Shown: positions 1 through 12,993 of the stretch, in pieces
Layout: the number at the start of each line of letters is the position of its first letter
How positions within the stretch are numbered: position 1 is the stretch's first letter
DNA from: Octopus vulgaris
Taxonomy: Eukaryota
Direction of reading: 5' to 3'
Assembly: GCA_951406725.2 (NCBI GenBank)
Contig: OX597819.1
Coordinates: 82,770,001 to 82,834,000, forward strand
DNA length: 64,000 nt
Position numbers and translations under genes: made by a program
The notes under the pieces: generated by a model
The model's database searches: none
Seen by the model: only the letters and a program-made list of their open reading frames with translations
What the model was told of the DNA's origin: nothing

Positions 1-344
1 AAATGCATTTACAAACATATGACAAGTGGCATATGACATACAAACATATGACATACGCAAACATACATTGTATGTTTGTGTATATGTGTGTGTACACACA
101 CATACAGACACACACATATACACATGCACATTTATAAATACATGCACATGCATACTTGCACACAGTTTACTCCATTACAGCTCTTCTTGTCATCAACCTA
201 TACATGTGGGACTTATTTCATTCTCCACTGGTTTTTGAAAGCACAACATAGATGTTTATAATGTCAGAAAGCTATGTAATACGTAAAGTCATGAAATGTC
301 AACATTGATATATCCGTATACACATCCATACACCCACAGTATTA

Positions 345-530
345 TCATCATTACTCTCTGTTTTCATACTGGCATGTGTAGGGTAGGATGGTTCAATGAA
401 ATTCAAGAGGATAGAGGAGCATATCTGGTTCCAATGCCTTCTTTAAGGTCTGGTTTCTACAGCTGGATGCTCAATCTAAAACCGACCACTTTACAAAGTG
501 TACGGTGCGTATATTTTTTATGGCACTATG
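345..530 (-). mobile_element. Degenerate SINE/RTE-tail repeat fragment
   Basis: Contains tttctacagctggatgc...accactttaca...tggcac. Similar copies lie at about 54110-54320 and 55960-56130, and an opposite-orientation copy at about 22800-22940. Boundaries approximate. Confidence 0.5.
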
Positions 531-1189
531 ACTCAAGAGATTGCTTTATAGCTAGTTATAGAAAACGAGCTTTGTTTCGTTGTTGCTCAAATTGGTTCTT
601 AATGACTTAGTGAGTTGGGCAGTTTTCAAGTCACCAGCTCTATGGGGTTTGCTTTGCAGCTTGAAAATTAAAAGAGAGTCCCCATGATGGATGTAACAGA
701 TTATATATCTACACACACACAAGTGTGTATGTGTGTATAAATATCATATATAATCATTATTTTACATCCATTTTCCGTACTGACATAGGTTACATATATA
801 GGTTATATATATATATATATATATGATCTGGCAAAACTTCTTGACAGGTTTAAATTCTGCATACTCACACATGCACACCGTTTAATAACTATGCAGATTC
901 TGTGACTGTAGACAAGCAAATGTAAAAATAAATATTCATGGCCTGAACAAGTTTTTAAGAGGCTGACTTTGCAGTCATTATGTCTTATTTTTCAAAGTGT
1001 CTTTTGTCACTGTCTTGCGTTGATTCAAGCCTTATGAATGAAATTGACCACATGAAAACTGTGCAGAAACTTGTCATATAGATTGCACTTATAATGTAAA
1101 GAATCAACTTTGTGTCATGCTTACATACTTTTTTTGTCTTGAGAATTATGTTAAGATTACATGTTGGTGAAGGACACTCAGTCACTGAT

Positions 1190-1580
1190 ATCTTTTATCG
1201 TTTAATTGTTTCAATCATCATACTGTGGCCATACTGGGGCACCATTTTGAAGAATTTTTACTTGAATGAATTGACCCCAGTACTTTTTTCTTAAACCTAG
1301 TACTTATTCCATTGGTTTCTGCTGAATCACTAAGTTCAATGACATAAACACACCAACACCAGTTGTCAAGTGGGATGGGGGTGGGGGGATCACAGACTCA
1401 AAAACACACACACATACACAAGCACACACACACACATATATAGATATATACAATGAGCTTCTTTTATTTTCCGTCTACCAAATCCACTCACAAGGCTTTG
1501 GTTGTCCCAAAGTAGAAGACACATGCCCAAGGTGACATGCAGTGGCACTGAAGCCAGAACTATATGGTTGGGAAGCATGT
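1190..1580 (-). mobile_element. tRNA-derived SINE (CORE-like family) with internal CA/TA microsatellite
   Basis: Shares motifs (ctaccaaatccactcacaaggctttgg, agaagacac..gcccaaggtg, caccaacaccagttgtcaag) with copies at 9882-10292, 35780-36135 and 36600-36970. Confidence 0.75.
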
Positions 1581-2569
1581 ATAGCTCAACTGATATGAAT
1601 TCTCATCAAATCTGCAGGAAATCTATTGTTAGTGTATTTAGAATTATCTAATACTTTACTCCTTATTTCTTAAGATTAGAGTCTGTGATTTGAGAGATAT
1701 TTGGCTACCATTTTTAAGCAAACCAAATGGTCACATAGAGATTCCCTTATTGACATTAGTGTGGTTATATATTTATGCATGGGTTCATATGTATGAATAC
1801 GTGTGATATATATGTGTATGAGAGCAAGTACCAATAGTTAAACATACAGCTTGATAAATTAGTATTAATTCTGTTTAGATTACAAGAGTTAAATTAAGCC
1901 AAAATAAAACAGTGTTCATTGAAGCAGCTCTTATCAATACATTATGTTTCTCTTATTTCATAAGTGAAGCATTTCATGTTTAATGCCAGGAAGGATATCT
2001 AACTAAACTTCCTTCATATTAATATGTGCTATGTGAGAAACAACAAAGGAAATAAATATATTCAACCATTCATGCATGCTTTATTCACACATAATCATGG
2101 GTTTGAATGAGAACATCAAGTTAGGGAGAGTTGTAATTTAGATATCTTTACATAAGAGATTTTTCTTCTCTGCAATTTTAGATGAAATAGCTATATTTTA
2201 TGTATACAAATATACCTCTGACAGTTTTCTTGATAATATTTTGTATTATTTGTTTGAACCAGCCATCTGCCTATTGGCATGGTTATCTTGTTTAAATACT
2301 TTAAAACTTTAAAAATTTGCAGATCTTTATCGCCATTGTTATGGTGCAGGTTTTCATTCTTTGTATTTTGGAGTTACCAAGCTTGAGCTAATCTTAATTC
2401 ATTGTGATTTACTACATAAATTGTGGCTTCAAAATAAAATAAACTTTATAAAGTGCAAAAGTTTTGCCCTTCATTTATGTTCTATAAATATCTTCCTATT
2501 GTAATCATTTATGACATCAACATTAAAAAGTAATTTGATTTTCTTGGCAAAATATTAAGCTTTGACTAA

Positions 2570-2686
2570 AGGGCAGCAATTTTGGGGAAAGTCGATTACA
2601 TTAACATCAGAGCTCAACTGGTACTTATTTTATCAACCCCAATTGGATGAAAGGCAAAGTCAAATCCGGCAGAATCTGAACTCAGT
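2570..2686 (-). mobile_element. tRNA-derived SINE fragment (second family)
   Basis: The reverse strand reads ctgagttcagattctgccgga..tttgactttgcctttcatcc..ggggttgataaaataagtaccag, a B-box plus a central domain repeated many times in the window. Confidence 0.75.
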
Positions 2687-3481
2687 TTCCTTGAAAATAT
2701 ATTAAAATGCTAGAATATTAGTATGAACACACACAAGTCTCATTTCAGTGTCTTTTCTGTTTTTGCATCCACTTGTAGCTAAGATTAGTGTCTGATTTTT
2801 GTTTTCCATATTGTTCTATTCATATTCCATATTTCAATATATGCTGTTTTATGAACTCTATATATTCATGGAAGGATATCACCTTTAACCCACTCCATCA
2901 CATTTTCCTATAGTTAGGCAGTCTTCAGGACTAACTTTGAGGAGTTTGTGCTTATTTAAGTCTCTCACTTCATACTTCATGTCTTCTGTAAAACATTCAT
3001 TTAGAATGTAATTTCTTAATTGCATGAAAATAACTTTGGTACTCTATGCTATATTTTTGTTTGGGGATTTACTTAATTTTATCCATTTTTGCTGCTTTAA
3101 GTGTTTAAGATATTTTTAGTGAACACAGTATTATCAGTGTGTCAAGGCTTTTAAAATTTATATAATGATTCTTTCCAACAACATTAACTATTATAGCATT
3201 TGTCATTGGCTGTTCAACTGCATGTTATTTAATGGAAAAACAGTTAGTATGAATCAGCATAAGACATTTTTGTGAATAAATATATTGTTTATTCTGTGTT
3301 CACCTTGGTGGAAACATGTAGTACAGTACAAAAACATGCGTGTTTACATACAAAGAAAGTTTTGATTTTTGCTTTTGCACTAAAAGAGGCAGCATATAAT
3401 ATTTGTATTATAGTATGTATGCATGTGTGTAATGAGAACAGTCATTTTGAGACAAGATATATGGTTCGTAAACGAACCATA

Positions 3482-3786
3482 TGTCTTGTGTCAGGGTGAA
3501 TGGACATGTGAGTCACATGTAGGAGATTGCATGTGGAGCTGCAGAGAAGCCATGTAGCTCAGAACGAGGCTAGTGTCTCAGAACGAGGCTACTGTATCAA
3601 AGCAAGTCTAGTGTATCAAAGTGAAGCTAGATGCATCATTGATATATTCATCTGCTGTGCAGGTCGACTCACATATTACTATGTAGCTCTGCTACACTAT
3701 CACAACATCATCCATTTCATGGTTGTAAGCTTGCAAAATAGATATTAAACTATGGTTGTTAGATATTATTCCCATATCACAAGACA
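3482..3786. mobile_element. Solo-LTR-like or MITE-like element, 305 bp
   Basis: Begins TGTCTTGTG and ends CACAAGACA (9-bp terminal inverted repeat, TG...CA) and is flanked by TA. It has short internal tandem repeats (ctcagaacgaggcta x2, tgtatcaaag x2) and ATTAAA about 40 bp from the right end. Confidence 0.5.
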
Positions 3787-4359
3787 TATTTTATTTATTC
3801 TTGCTACTTATTTATAACATTTACAACCCCTAACTTGTTCCTTAGGGAAATATATCTAATCAATTATTTCTTTTAAGTTTAAATTTTTCTGCAACACCTT
3901 ATTGATTTTGGGACATCTATATCAATATCACTTCTTTTATTATATGTCTTATTTTACAAGTTGCAAGGATTCAGAATTGGCTTTTTGTGAGTGCTAGTCT
4001 TTCTTTATTTAAACATCACATCAAGCATTTCCTTTTACCATAGATAATCATCATTTCTCTATTTATTGAATTAGTTATTAACATATAGAATATTTTTTTT
4101 GCCATCTGAATAAATTTGACACCTTAAATCTATCTCTGATGGCATTTATAGTAAAAGCCTATAAATAAATGAGAGGTGCTCTTAGAATTGGAATATTTAA
4201 TTCTATGACATTAATATGTAATGAACAATCATAATAAAAGGTTCAATAAAAGAGTAGAAAGTAGTATTGATAGATTAAACTCTGTGTTGCCACTCTTTCA
4301 TATTGTTTATATTTCTCATTACTGAGTTGGTATGTTATATCTTAGTAAGATATTGTTTT

Positions 4360-4500
4360 GATGCTGAATAGTCATCAGAGCATCAGATTAAATAGCTTAT
4401 GGCTACTTGTTCCAGGTCCATGTTCTTTGAGTTCAAATCCTACTAATGTAAGCTTTGCCTTTCATCATTTCAGGATTGATAAATAAAGTAGTTGTCCAAA
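4360..4500 (+). mobile_element. Degenerate tRNA-derived SINE (second family)
   Basis: gagttcaaatcc...ctttgcctttcatcatttcaggattgataaa matches the family core. Confidence 0.65.
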
Positions 4501-4913
4501 CAAAATGAGGAGTTTCTTTGTTATCATTTTTTGTGCCTCTCCACCATCTAATCCTCAGCAACTTTGCCATAATCACCAGTGCAGCATAACAAAAGACATA
4601 ATGTATTAAGCTTAATAACAGTCAAAACAAATCATACCTCTACTATGTGCAACCAACACTAATTTTTATTTAAAATAGTGTAAAGTTAATGTCTAGTAAG
4701 AATCTTGAACAGTGTGAACTGTCTGCTGCACACCAAATGGTCAACAGCTTCACATACCATGCAACAATCTTGCTAATTTCTGACAATTTTGAATTTAACA
4801 ATATTTGTCTTTAACACATGTCCATGCACAGCCATGATCAGAGTATCTCTATATCTTTCTTTGGTCCTTTTTGCATCAGTTTCTTTATTATTATTATTAT
4901 TATTATTATTATT

Positions 4914-5441
4914 GAGTGAGCGAGCAGAGCATGCCATCAAAGTGACACCGGGGTAAAATATACAAAGCCCAGTATACCCATCATGACTACCCGTCTGATA
5001 AGGGTACACCAGGCACATGCATCACAACCACATGTGCGCGACATGGTGATCTCATATCAAGATAAACAGCACATGACCTTGCAGGTGGAGCCCAGTTAGA
5101 ATTTTCTTCAGATCGAGTAACCCATCCCGCTCAAAAGGTCCCTGAATAAGGGTTGTTTAAGGACGTTGAACGAAACACCCATGTTTCCAGAGGTGAATTA
5201 TTCAAACCCCAAAGAATCCTTCTCAACACATGGCTATGATGCTCCCCCACTACTTCTGCTCGTGATCAGAGATGCACATATCGTCAGCCACTAAGGGACA
5301 TGCTCAACTGGTTAAGGTCAAACAACTGACAAGCAAATCTGTGGTATTGAGCAGAATATTTGCTGTAGCCCATCTTTTATACCAAGACAAAACAATGTAC
5401 ATGATAACACTTCCAATCAGTTAAGATCAGAAGCCATGAGA

Positions 5442-5442
<1 letters not shown>
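4914..5442. mobile_element. 529-bp GC-richer interspersed element embedded in a (TTA)n tract
   Basis: Sharp compositional boundaries with (TTA)n on both sides (4885-4913 and 5443-5501). CpGs are retained, which suggests a young insertion. Probably the non-coding end of a TAA-targeting non-LTR retrotransposon (inference). Confidence 0.6.
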
Positions 5443-5504
<62 letters not shown>

Positions 5505-5544
5505 AAGTCTTATTTGTATTTCATACTTTCACTATGCAACAAAA

Positions 5545-5915
5545 CATACATCTCAGAGTGCCTTGAACAAAATGCTTTGTGGTATTTCTTTTGACTCTTT
5601 TCACTCTGATTTCAAATACCACTGCAGTCAAATTTGCATTTCATCCTTTCAGGGTTGAAAAAATAAAGTATCATCAAGTATAGGAGTTTACATAATCATC
5701 ATTATTAAAAGAACTACAGCAATCCGATAGAATTATTAGCACTACAAACAAAATAGTTAGCAGCATGGCTCTTTACATTTTAAGTTCAAATACTTCCAAG
5801 GTCGACTTTGCTTTTCATTCTTTTAGGTTGATAAAATATGTAGCAGTGAGCAGTGGAAAGGATGTAATTGACTATACCTCTCCCTTAAAATCGTCCATGT
5901 GGTATAATTTGAAAT
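5545..5915 (+). mobile_element. Two tandem degenerate tRNA-SINE copies (second family)
   Basis: The core ttcaaatac...tttgc.tttcat.cttt.agg.ttga.aaaata occurs twice, at about 5610-5670 and 5785-5840. Confidence 0.65.
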
Positions 5916-5922
5916 CATAACC

Positions 5923-6056
5923 ATTATTATTATTATTTCATATGCGCACAACATATTAGACTGTTGAAATGAAAAATTCCTAACATCAGGCTACAACAAG
6001 TAACCTTAGATGCCAAGAACTCTCCTAAGTATTCTAGCTGTCCCTAATAACTGCAC
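5923..6056 (-). mobile_element. 3' end of an R4/Dong-type (RLE) non-LTR retrotransposon
   Basis: Minus strand 6056-6006 translates VQLLGTARILRRVLGI*, matching the typical R4/Dong C-terminus (LLGTARILR.VL). A short 3' UTR and a (TAA)n tail follow. Confidence 0.75.
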
Positions 6057-6081
6057 TAAACTAGGTTTTATGACTATTTCC

Positions 6082-6133
<52 letters not shown>

Positions 6134-7469
6134 GTGATGCAATAAGACTTAGTTTATTTCATATTTTATTATGTACTATGTTTAGTCATTTTTTTCCCAT
6201 TCTGTTGTAATGTCTCTATTTTGAATTTTTATGGTGTAATATTTGGTTAGCCTAATGACATTGAGCTCTAATTGGTAGCCTTGCCTTTAGATGTCTACTT
6301 ATACATGCCCATTTATTTGAAAATCCATTTTAAATATTTCACAAACTTGTAGATTCAAATGGGTGTTGAACTATTAAGGAATTATTATAAACAGATTATT
6401 CAGCATTCTTCTAAATTGTAAATGATTTGCTTATTGTAGAGTAGCCATGTAAGAGATTATAGCTTATAGATTTTGAGAATTTTTTCACTCACATTAAGTG
6501 GAAAATAGTTCTTATTTTATATCTTAAAACTTATTTGTGTGCCACATATGTTAAATCAGATTATGTTTCTACAACTATTGTGTGCTGTGTGAAAGAACAG
6601 AAATCTATGTATCAATTATTTGTTGAGTAATATCATTAGAAGTTGTGTATTTAACCATTTGCATTACTAACTTGAATATTTTTTACTAAGTTTCAAAGCT
6701 GAGTTGTATATAATATCACTACAAAAGTATTATTAACCTATAGTACCTTTCACTAAGTTTTATATCTAAGTATTATAATTTAGTTTAAAGTTTGGCTCAT
6801 TTTTCTGTGTAGTTTATATTAAAGTATTTACATTGGACACATCAAGACATTGTTCACAACACATAGTTTTTGCTTGTACCAACATTATTTTAAATTCATT
6901 AATGAACAAACTGGGAAAGAATATGATAGATGCTAAAGAGAATTTGTAATGTGATAACTTACAAACTTTTGCTTATTACCAGGAAATTATATTTTGTATT
7001 GGTACATCTAACCATAAACATAAGTTATAGAAGATTTATAAACTGGCATTTGTTGAAATACTGCTTGTAAAGGGTGAAATGAAGAAGGTCAATATTCAAA
7101 GACTTGTTCTGCTTAAAATGTATCCAAATTATCATCTTAAATTGTAAACATGTTTCATATAGACCTCTATACAGATTGTAGATCCACTTTATACCTTAAT
7201 TCTAATTACAATTCGGATGACTGCTGACATGCTTAGCAATGAAGAGGAATTCATCTTTCATTACTTTAATTAGTTTACTATTGATTTCCTAGTTTAACAT
7301 AAGTTCATGAATCAACAGAATATAGGAGGGAAATGTGTGATGTCTACACCTTTAAAGAGACCTTTAGTGGCATATATGAAAGGAATTATCTTCAATCAAA
7401 AATCGAAACTGGTGCTGGATAGCAATTTACATTTTGATCTTTGGCTTTCACACATTTAGTTTTGATTTA

Positions 7470-7680
7470 TAACATTGGTGCAAGATCACAAACTTTTGAA
7501 GGAAGTATAGTCAAATAAACCAATCCCAATATTTGTTTAGCACTTTATTTTATTTATTCATACAGGATGAAAGATAAAGTTGACCTGAACAGGATTTGAA
7601 CTCAAACTGTAAAGGGTCATAAATATATACCATTAGGCATTTTGTCAGGCACTCTAATGTTTCTGGCAAAAATGCTGCTT
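7470..7680 (-). mobile_element. Degenerate tRNA-SINE (second family)
   Basis: aggatgaaagataaagttgacctgaacaggatttgaactca is the reverse of the B-box plus core. Confidence 0.65.
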
Positions 7681-8759
7681 TCCACATATATTTAATATTG
7701 GATTTTTTTGACATTTTCATTGAACATGAAAGCTATATTTTATGGTAATTCTCAGCTTCAAAAATTATGAAATTTACAAACGCTTAATGTGATCATATAT
7801 ATTCCTATTTAATGTACCAAGTAGGCATTTTTCATTTTGTTAATAAACTTGCAGAAATATTTTGATTATATGGATTTGCTGAAATGGAATGTTATGTGTG
7901 TATACTTCTTTGGAGATATTTACATGTAACCATACTTGCTACTGTTTCCTAATGTTGACAGTTTGCCTTTATAAAAGCTATGATATAATTCATACATAAA
8001 CTGAATCTATTCATGAAGCTGATATGTTTATTGTGTGTTGCTTCTTCTTGATATTTGTATTACTTACTTTGATAGGCAGTTATATTGGTGAAGCTTCATT
8101 TGAATATAGAGAAACCAAAGAAACAACATAAAACAGTGCATATTCCAAACTTTGACTGACTGTAATTTGCGTGAGGCCTAACTGGTAGTTTGAATACACT
8201 TATGGACTCATTTTGGAATCAAGATCTGATTTTCAGAATAATGCTAGTGATTAAGATGCAAAAAGGAAAAAAAACTACTGAGGAAAATATAAAGAGAAAA
8301 AGAAAAGAAAAACATTGAAAACACTTGTGCATTTACACACACACATAATTGCTGGAAGGATGCATAAGATGTAATCCACTGTGGAAAATTCCAACCTTAG
8401 TAGTTATTACTTATCAATGAAGTTATAACAAAAAGTTAATAATTTTATCGATCACTTATAAAATATATAAGCTGAGTTGTTGGACAATAGGAACTAATAA
8501 AAATCAAAATAATCTTTTAATTTCAAAACTTCATCATCTTACATAATGTAAAACTGGCAAAGGATATCCATATCAGCTACAAATTACTGATAAATCATTG
8601 CATCTAGCAAAATCCTCTCATCTATGTCAACCTGGAAAAAACCTACAACACTTCACAGTAGCAAGGCCTATATTGAATACAAGTATATCAATAGAAACCT
8701 GAAGCCACTAAATGCCTTAAAGTTTAAACATCACATAGATACAAGCATATATATATATA

Positions 8760-8930
8760 TAGATCACTAGCCACTACACATTCTTTATTTTCTCTCTTTG
8801 TTTCTTTCTGTGGAAGAGCATAGGCTCGAAATGTTAATGACTTTTTCACTTCCTGAGCATTAAACTAATACATCTGTTTCTTGTCTACACCATCTGTCTT
8901 CGTCTTTTGTTTTTTGTGAATTCTCCCTCT
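8760..8930 (+). mobile_element. Short Penelope-like terminal fragment between (TA)n tracts, with a degenerate hammerhead motif
   Basis: CTG-TG-GA-A-GAGC-ATAG-GCTC-GAAA-TGT at about 8808-8834. TA repeats flank both sides. Confidence 0.5.
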
Positions 8931-8933
8931 ATA

Positions 8934-8982
<49 letters not shown>

Positions 8983-9881
8983 GTATGTGTATACAGGCAT
9001 ACATGTATGTATGTGTATATATATATATGTGTGTGTATTCATATATATATATTTGTATATATACACACATATAGAAAGACATACATATAGAAAGAGAGAG
9101 AGAGAGAGAGACATGCACACACATATGTACAACAAAAGCATGTACACACATACATACAACAAAAACATGCACTTTCTGGTATTTCTAGCTATATAAATGT
9201 ATAAGTTACTCAGATTGTTTTATAGATATAAACACGATAAATATATGAGTGATGCATATAATATTCCAGTGAAGTATCAGTCAAGTTTACAAGTGTTTTA
9301 CATGATATTGCATGACTAATATTTGAACAATTTTTATTGAAGAATAGAGTTTATTTTCTAAACAGTTGCTGGCTTGAGTAATAACTATTTTCCCCATTAA
9401 TTTTAAACTATAAGTTTGAGAAATAACCCTTCTTGCTTGAATGTACATTGTGGTATAGATATCATCACCTCTTCAGATTGAAAAGGGGGAATGTTATTGT
9501 GGTTTCGTGAAGAAATCTTTAAGGCAATGTCTTTTATTAAGTTTCTTGTTGGCAGAAATTAACTGTTATTTTTGCTTCTACTGAGGTTAGTCTTTAAACT
9601 ACAGCTATTCTGGGGCTCTAACTTTAGAGATTTTAGTTGATTACATCAGTTCCAGTTCTTACTCTAAGAAATACTTAATAGATTTCATAAGGACAATATG
9701 TCTAAGTCTAACACTGAGGGAAAGGGATGTAACGTGGGCAGAATAATAAGTATTTTTATTAGATATCCTTCACAAATATGCATACACACATATATATATC
9801 AGAATATATCAGTATATTTTACATAGTGCAAACAATATCTGGTTTAGAACTCAATAGGCTGAGTAATGTGAATAGATATAT

Positions 9882-10094
9882 TCTTTTACATGTTTCAGTC
9901 AGTTGACTGCAGCCATGCTGGAGCACTGCCTTAAAGAATTTTAATTGAAGAAATCAACCCCAGGACTTATACTTTGTAAGCCGAGTACTTATTCTATCAG
10001 TCTCTTTTGCCAAACTGCTAAGTTACAGGGATGTAAACACACCAACATTAGTTGTCAAGCGATGGTGGGGGGACACACACGAATACAGACACAC

Positions 10095-10130
<36 letters not shown>

Positions 10131-10292
10131 TACCGGCTTCTTTCAGTTTCCCTCTACCAAGGCTACTCACAAGGCTTTGGTTGGCCTGAAGCTATAGCAG
10201 AAGACACTTTCCCAAGGTGCCACGCAGTGGGACTGAACCTGAAACCATGGTGTTGGGAAGCAAGATTCTTACTACACAGACATGCCTGTGCC
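9882..10292 (-). mobile_element. Near full-length tRNA-derived SINE (CORE-like family)
   Basis: The head on the minus strand reads gtgtagtaagaatcttgcttcccaacaccatggtttcaggttcagtcccactgcgtggcaccttgggaaagtgtcttc. The body is homologous to 1190-1580. Confidence 0.8.
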
Positions 10293-10899
10293 TATATATA
10301 TTATAACAAAATTGACTGTCTACTCTAAGTCTTACCATTATCAGGGCTGTTCACAACTGTCATAAACAGCCCAGCTAAGAGTGAATCTCAGAGTTGACTA
10401 TCAACTTTGATGTAGCACACACACACACACACACACATAATTTAGCAAATGGAAACTGTGCACCTTATACATATATACATATTTATTTATATAATTCAGT
10501 AAATGGAAGTTGTGCTCTTAATACATACAGACGTACACATATATATATATTTGTATGTATGTAAGTATGTATAGATATGTTTGTATACAAAATGCTCACT
10601 TTCATTTATGAAATTTTGCTAACACATTATTGGTCATCCCAAAACTGTTGTAGGAGACACTTGACCAAGTTGCTTCGCAGTGAGATTTATCTTGAATTAT
10701 GTCGTGCAGTAACCTTCTAAGCTACACAGTCTCTTCTGATCCTGTTTGAGAAATTACATTCTTTTTAACATTGTAAATATATTTATCATTATTTTTGTGA
10801 AACAGGTGTAAGAGCCTCCCTTTATACCAGATTAAGTCAAAAGTTTTTCTGTATTTAAAGCTTTAATTAATAGTTCAGTTAAATTATATATTAAATGTG

Positions 10900-12229
10900 T
10901 TTATTCATCAAAATATATCCCATTTACTCCAGAAGCTCAATTTCATGTTTATACCATTTAACTGATTTAAAGGCAAAAAAGTTCCTGCATCTATTTTCAA
11001 CATCATCCACATTGTTGAACCTCCATCCATGCAAGAAATGAGCCATTGCTCAGAAAAGGTAATAATCTGATGGTGCAAGGTCTGGACTTAAGGCTGGATG
11101 AGTAGCACTTCCACTCTCTTCATGCTCCTCAAGTTTGCCCTTGGTCACATTGGCAGTGTGTGCTGAGGCATTGTCATGCTGTAGAAGTGTGCATCAGATT
11201 AGTCAATATAGAGTAGTGGGCTTTCAAAGCATTATATACTCACTGCAGTTTTTGAACATAAAGATTAGCATTCACAGCATCATTATCTGGGACAAGCTCA
11301 AAGTTCCACACCCCTTCAAAATTCCCCCAAACACACAGCATAACTTTCTGTTGAAACCACCCTTTTTGGACAGCAGGTTCTGAAGTCTGACTGGAACAAA
11401 GCCACTGATTCCTCTTATTTTGAGCTACAAAAATAATATACATTTTTCATCCCCAGTTATAATTTGATACCCAAGCCAAGCATCTTGAGGATTTGCCAGC
11501 AGTTGTTAGCAGAATGTTCATTCGTTGTTGTTTGTTCCTTCTCGGACCATGCCTGGCTCATAAGGGTCAGTTTCCAGGTTTCCTTGGCGTATAGGTTCCT
11601 CACCTGGATGGGACGCCAGTCCATCGCAGGTGAGCTGCAAGATGCAGGAGGAAAGAGTGAGAGAAAGTTGTGGCGAAAGAGTCAGCAGAAGTTTGCTATT
11701 ACCTTCTGCTGGAGCTGCATGTAGCTTAGGTGCTTTGCTCATAAACACACACGTCGCCCGGTCTGAGATTCGAACCCGTGATACTTCGACCGCAAGTCCG
11801 CTGCTCTAACCACTGGGCCATATGCCTCCACAGAATGTTCACTTGTCATTAAGCCTTGTCACTGGTCAGTTCATCAGAAATTTCTTGGACGGTATTTGTT
11901 CAAAAGGTTGAGCTTATGGAAGTGTCGATCGATGGTGCTTTGTGAAAGATCAAGTTTTACTGACAATGTATGGGTCCTTGTGCTTGTCTCTACTTCAGCC
12001 ATTTCATGCAAGGTTTCATCTTCCACAACAGAAGGTCTCCCTGACCTTGGTTGTCTTTGAGACTGATATCAACTACCTTGACACGTCTGAACCAGTTTTA
12101 TGCCACACATTCATTGACAGTTCTTGGGCCAACCACATCATTAATATTTTTTGATACTGCTCTTGCCCTCAGTCCTTTTTACCACTGGTAGCATAAAATG
12201 GCTCGAATTGCAATTCTTTCATCACTCAT
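10900..12229 (-). pseudogene. Mariner transposase pseudogene (stops, frameshifts, SINE insertion)
   Basis: Minus-strand peptides include MSDERIAIRAIL, RSGRPSVVEDE, IITGDEK, KVMLCVWGNFEGV..FELVP, LLQHDNASAH and HPALSPDLAPSDYYLF. These contain all three catalytic Asp motifs of mariner transposases. Confidence 0.92.
11521..11830 (-). mobile_element. Young tRNA-derived SINE nested in the mariner, with 11-bp TSD
   Basis: TSD CAGAATGTTCA at 11510-11520 and 11831-11841. A-box (tggcccagtggttagagc), B-box (gggttcgaatctc), a cctgcgatggactggcgtcccatccagg motif and an (AAC)-type tail. Confidence 0.92.
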
Positions 12230-12611
12230 TATCAAAGCTGTAAAATAAAGAATAGACAATTAATGTTTATATGTTATATATGAAAATAGAAATTAACAGT
12301 TCAACAATGATTGGACAATAAGTTGTATCAAATTTATGATATAACATGGAGATACAAGTTGCTGAAAATCTTCAGTGAAAATCAAAAGAAACTTTTGACT
12401 CAACCTGGTATTTGTGTGTGTGTAAGAGAGAGAGAGAAAGGGAGAGAGAGAGTGAGTGATATCAGTGGTAAGTAGAGATGCGGAATAAAGGAATTTCAGG
12501 GTAGCTGAAGTCTGTTTGAGACATATTTTAACTTCTATATTTAAAAGATGAGGAATTATGTACATTATTTACATTATTTGATGGATATTTGTCCTCATCT
12601 TGTTTGTTGTT

Positions 12612-12657
12612 AACACAACATTTCAGCTGATATACCCTCCAGCCTTCATCAGGTGTC
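12612..12657 (-). ncRNA. Minimal type-I hammerhead ribozyme-like motif (mirror copy)
   Basis: Minus strand: GACAC CTGATGA A GGCTG gagggtatat CAGCT GAAA TGTT GTGTT. Confidence 0.6.
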
Positions 12658-12947
12658 TTGGGGAAATTTCGAACCTGGGTTCTCATTCCTAAGGTATTTT
12701 TTGATATTATTATTATTATTATTCAGGTCACTACCTGGAATCGAACTTGGAATCTTGGGATTAGTAGCCTGTGCTCTTAACCACTACCCACGAGCATATG
12801 GTGTAGTGATTAAGAACGCAGGCTACAAACACCAAGATTCTGAGTTCGATTCCAGGCAGTAACCTGAATAATAATAATAATAATAATAATAACAACAATA
12901 TCGGAAAATACCTTAGGATTGAGAACCCAGGTTCAAAATTTCCCCAA

Positions 12948-12993
12948 GACACCTGATGAAGGCTGGAGAATATATCAGCCGAAATGTTGTGTT
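12948..12993 (+). ncRNA. Minimal type-I hammerhead ribozyme-like motif
   Basis: GACAC CTGATGA A GGCTG gagaatatat CAGCC GAAA TGTT GTGTT. Stem I is GACAC/GTGTT, the core is CUGAUGA, stem II is GGCTG/CAGCC, then GAAA. Confidence 0.65.

Larger units (their letters stand above)
10825..12410 (-). mobile_element. Full-length decayed mariner (Tc1/mariner, DDD type) DNA transposon
   Basis: Terminal inverted repeats TACCAGATTAAGTCAAAAGTTT (10825) and AAACTTTTGACTCAACCTGGTA (ending 12410). About 1.27 kb after removing the nested SINE, with transposase remnants inside. Confidence 0.92.

Noticed and set aside
10340-10412. Two small hairpins (gggctgtt/aacagccc and cagagttga/tcaactttg) as a Helitron 3' end
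   Set aside because: Too short, and no Helitron 5' end or second copy is visible.
11750-11830. tRNA gene (also the heads at about 12725-12790 and 12795-12865)
   Set aside because: The A/B boxes continue into SINE bodies with tails and TSDs, and the acceptor stems are not intact.
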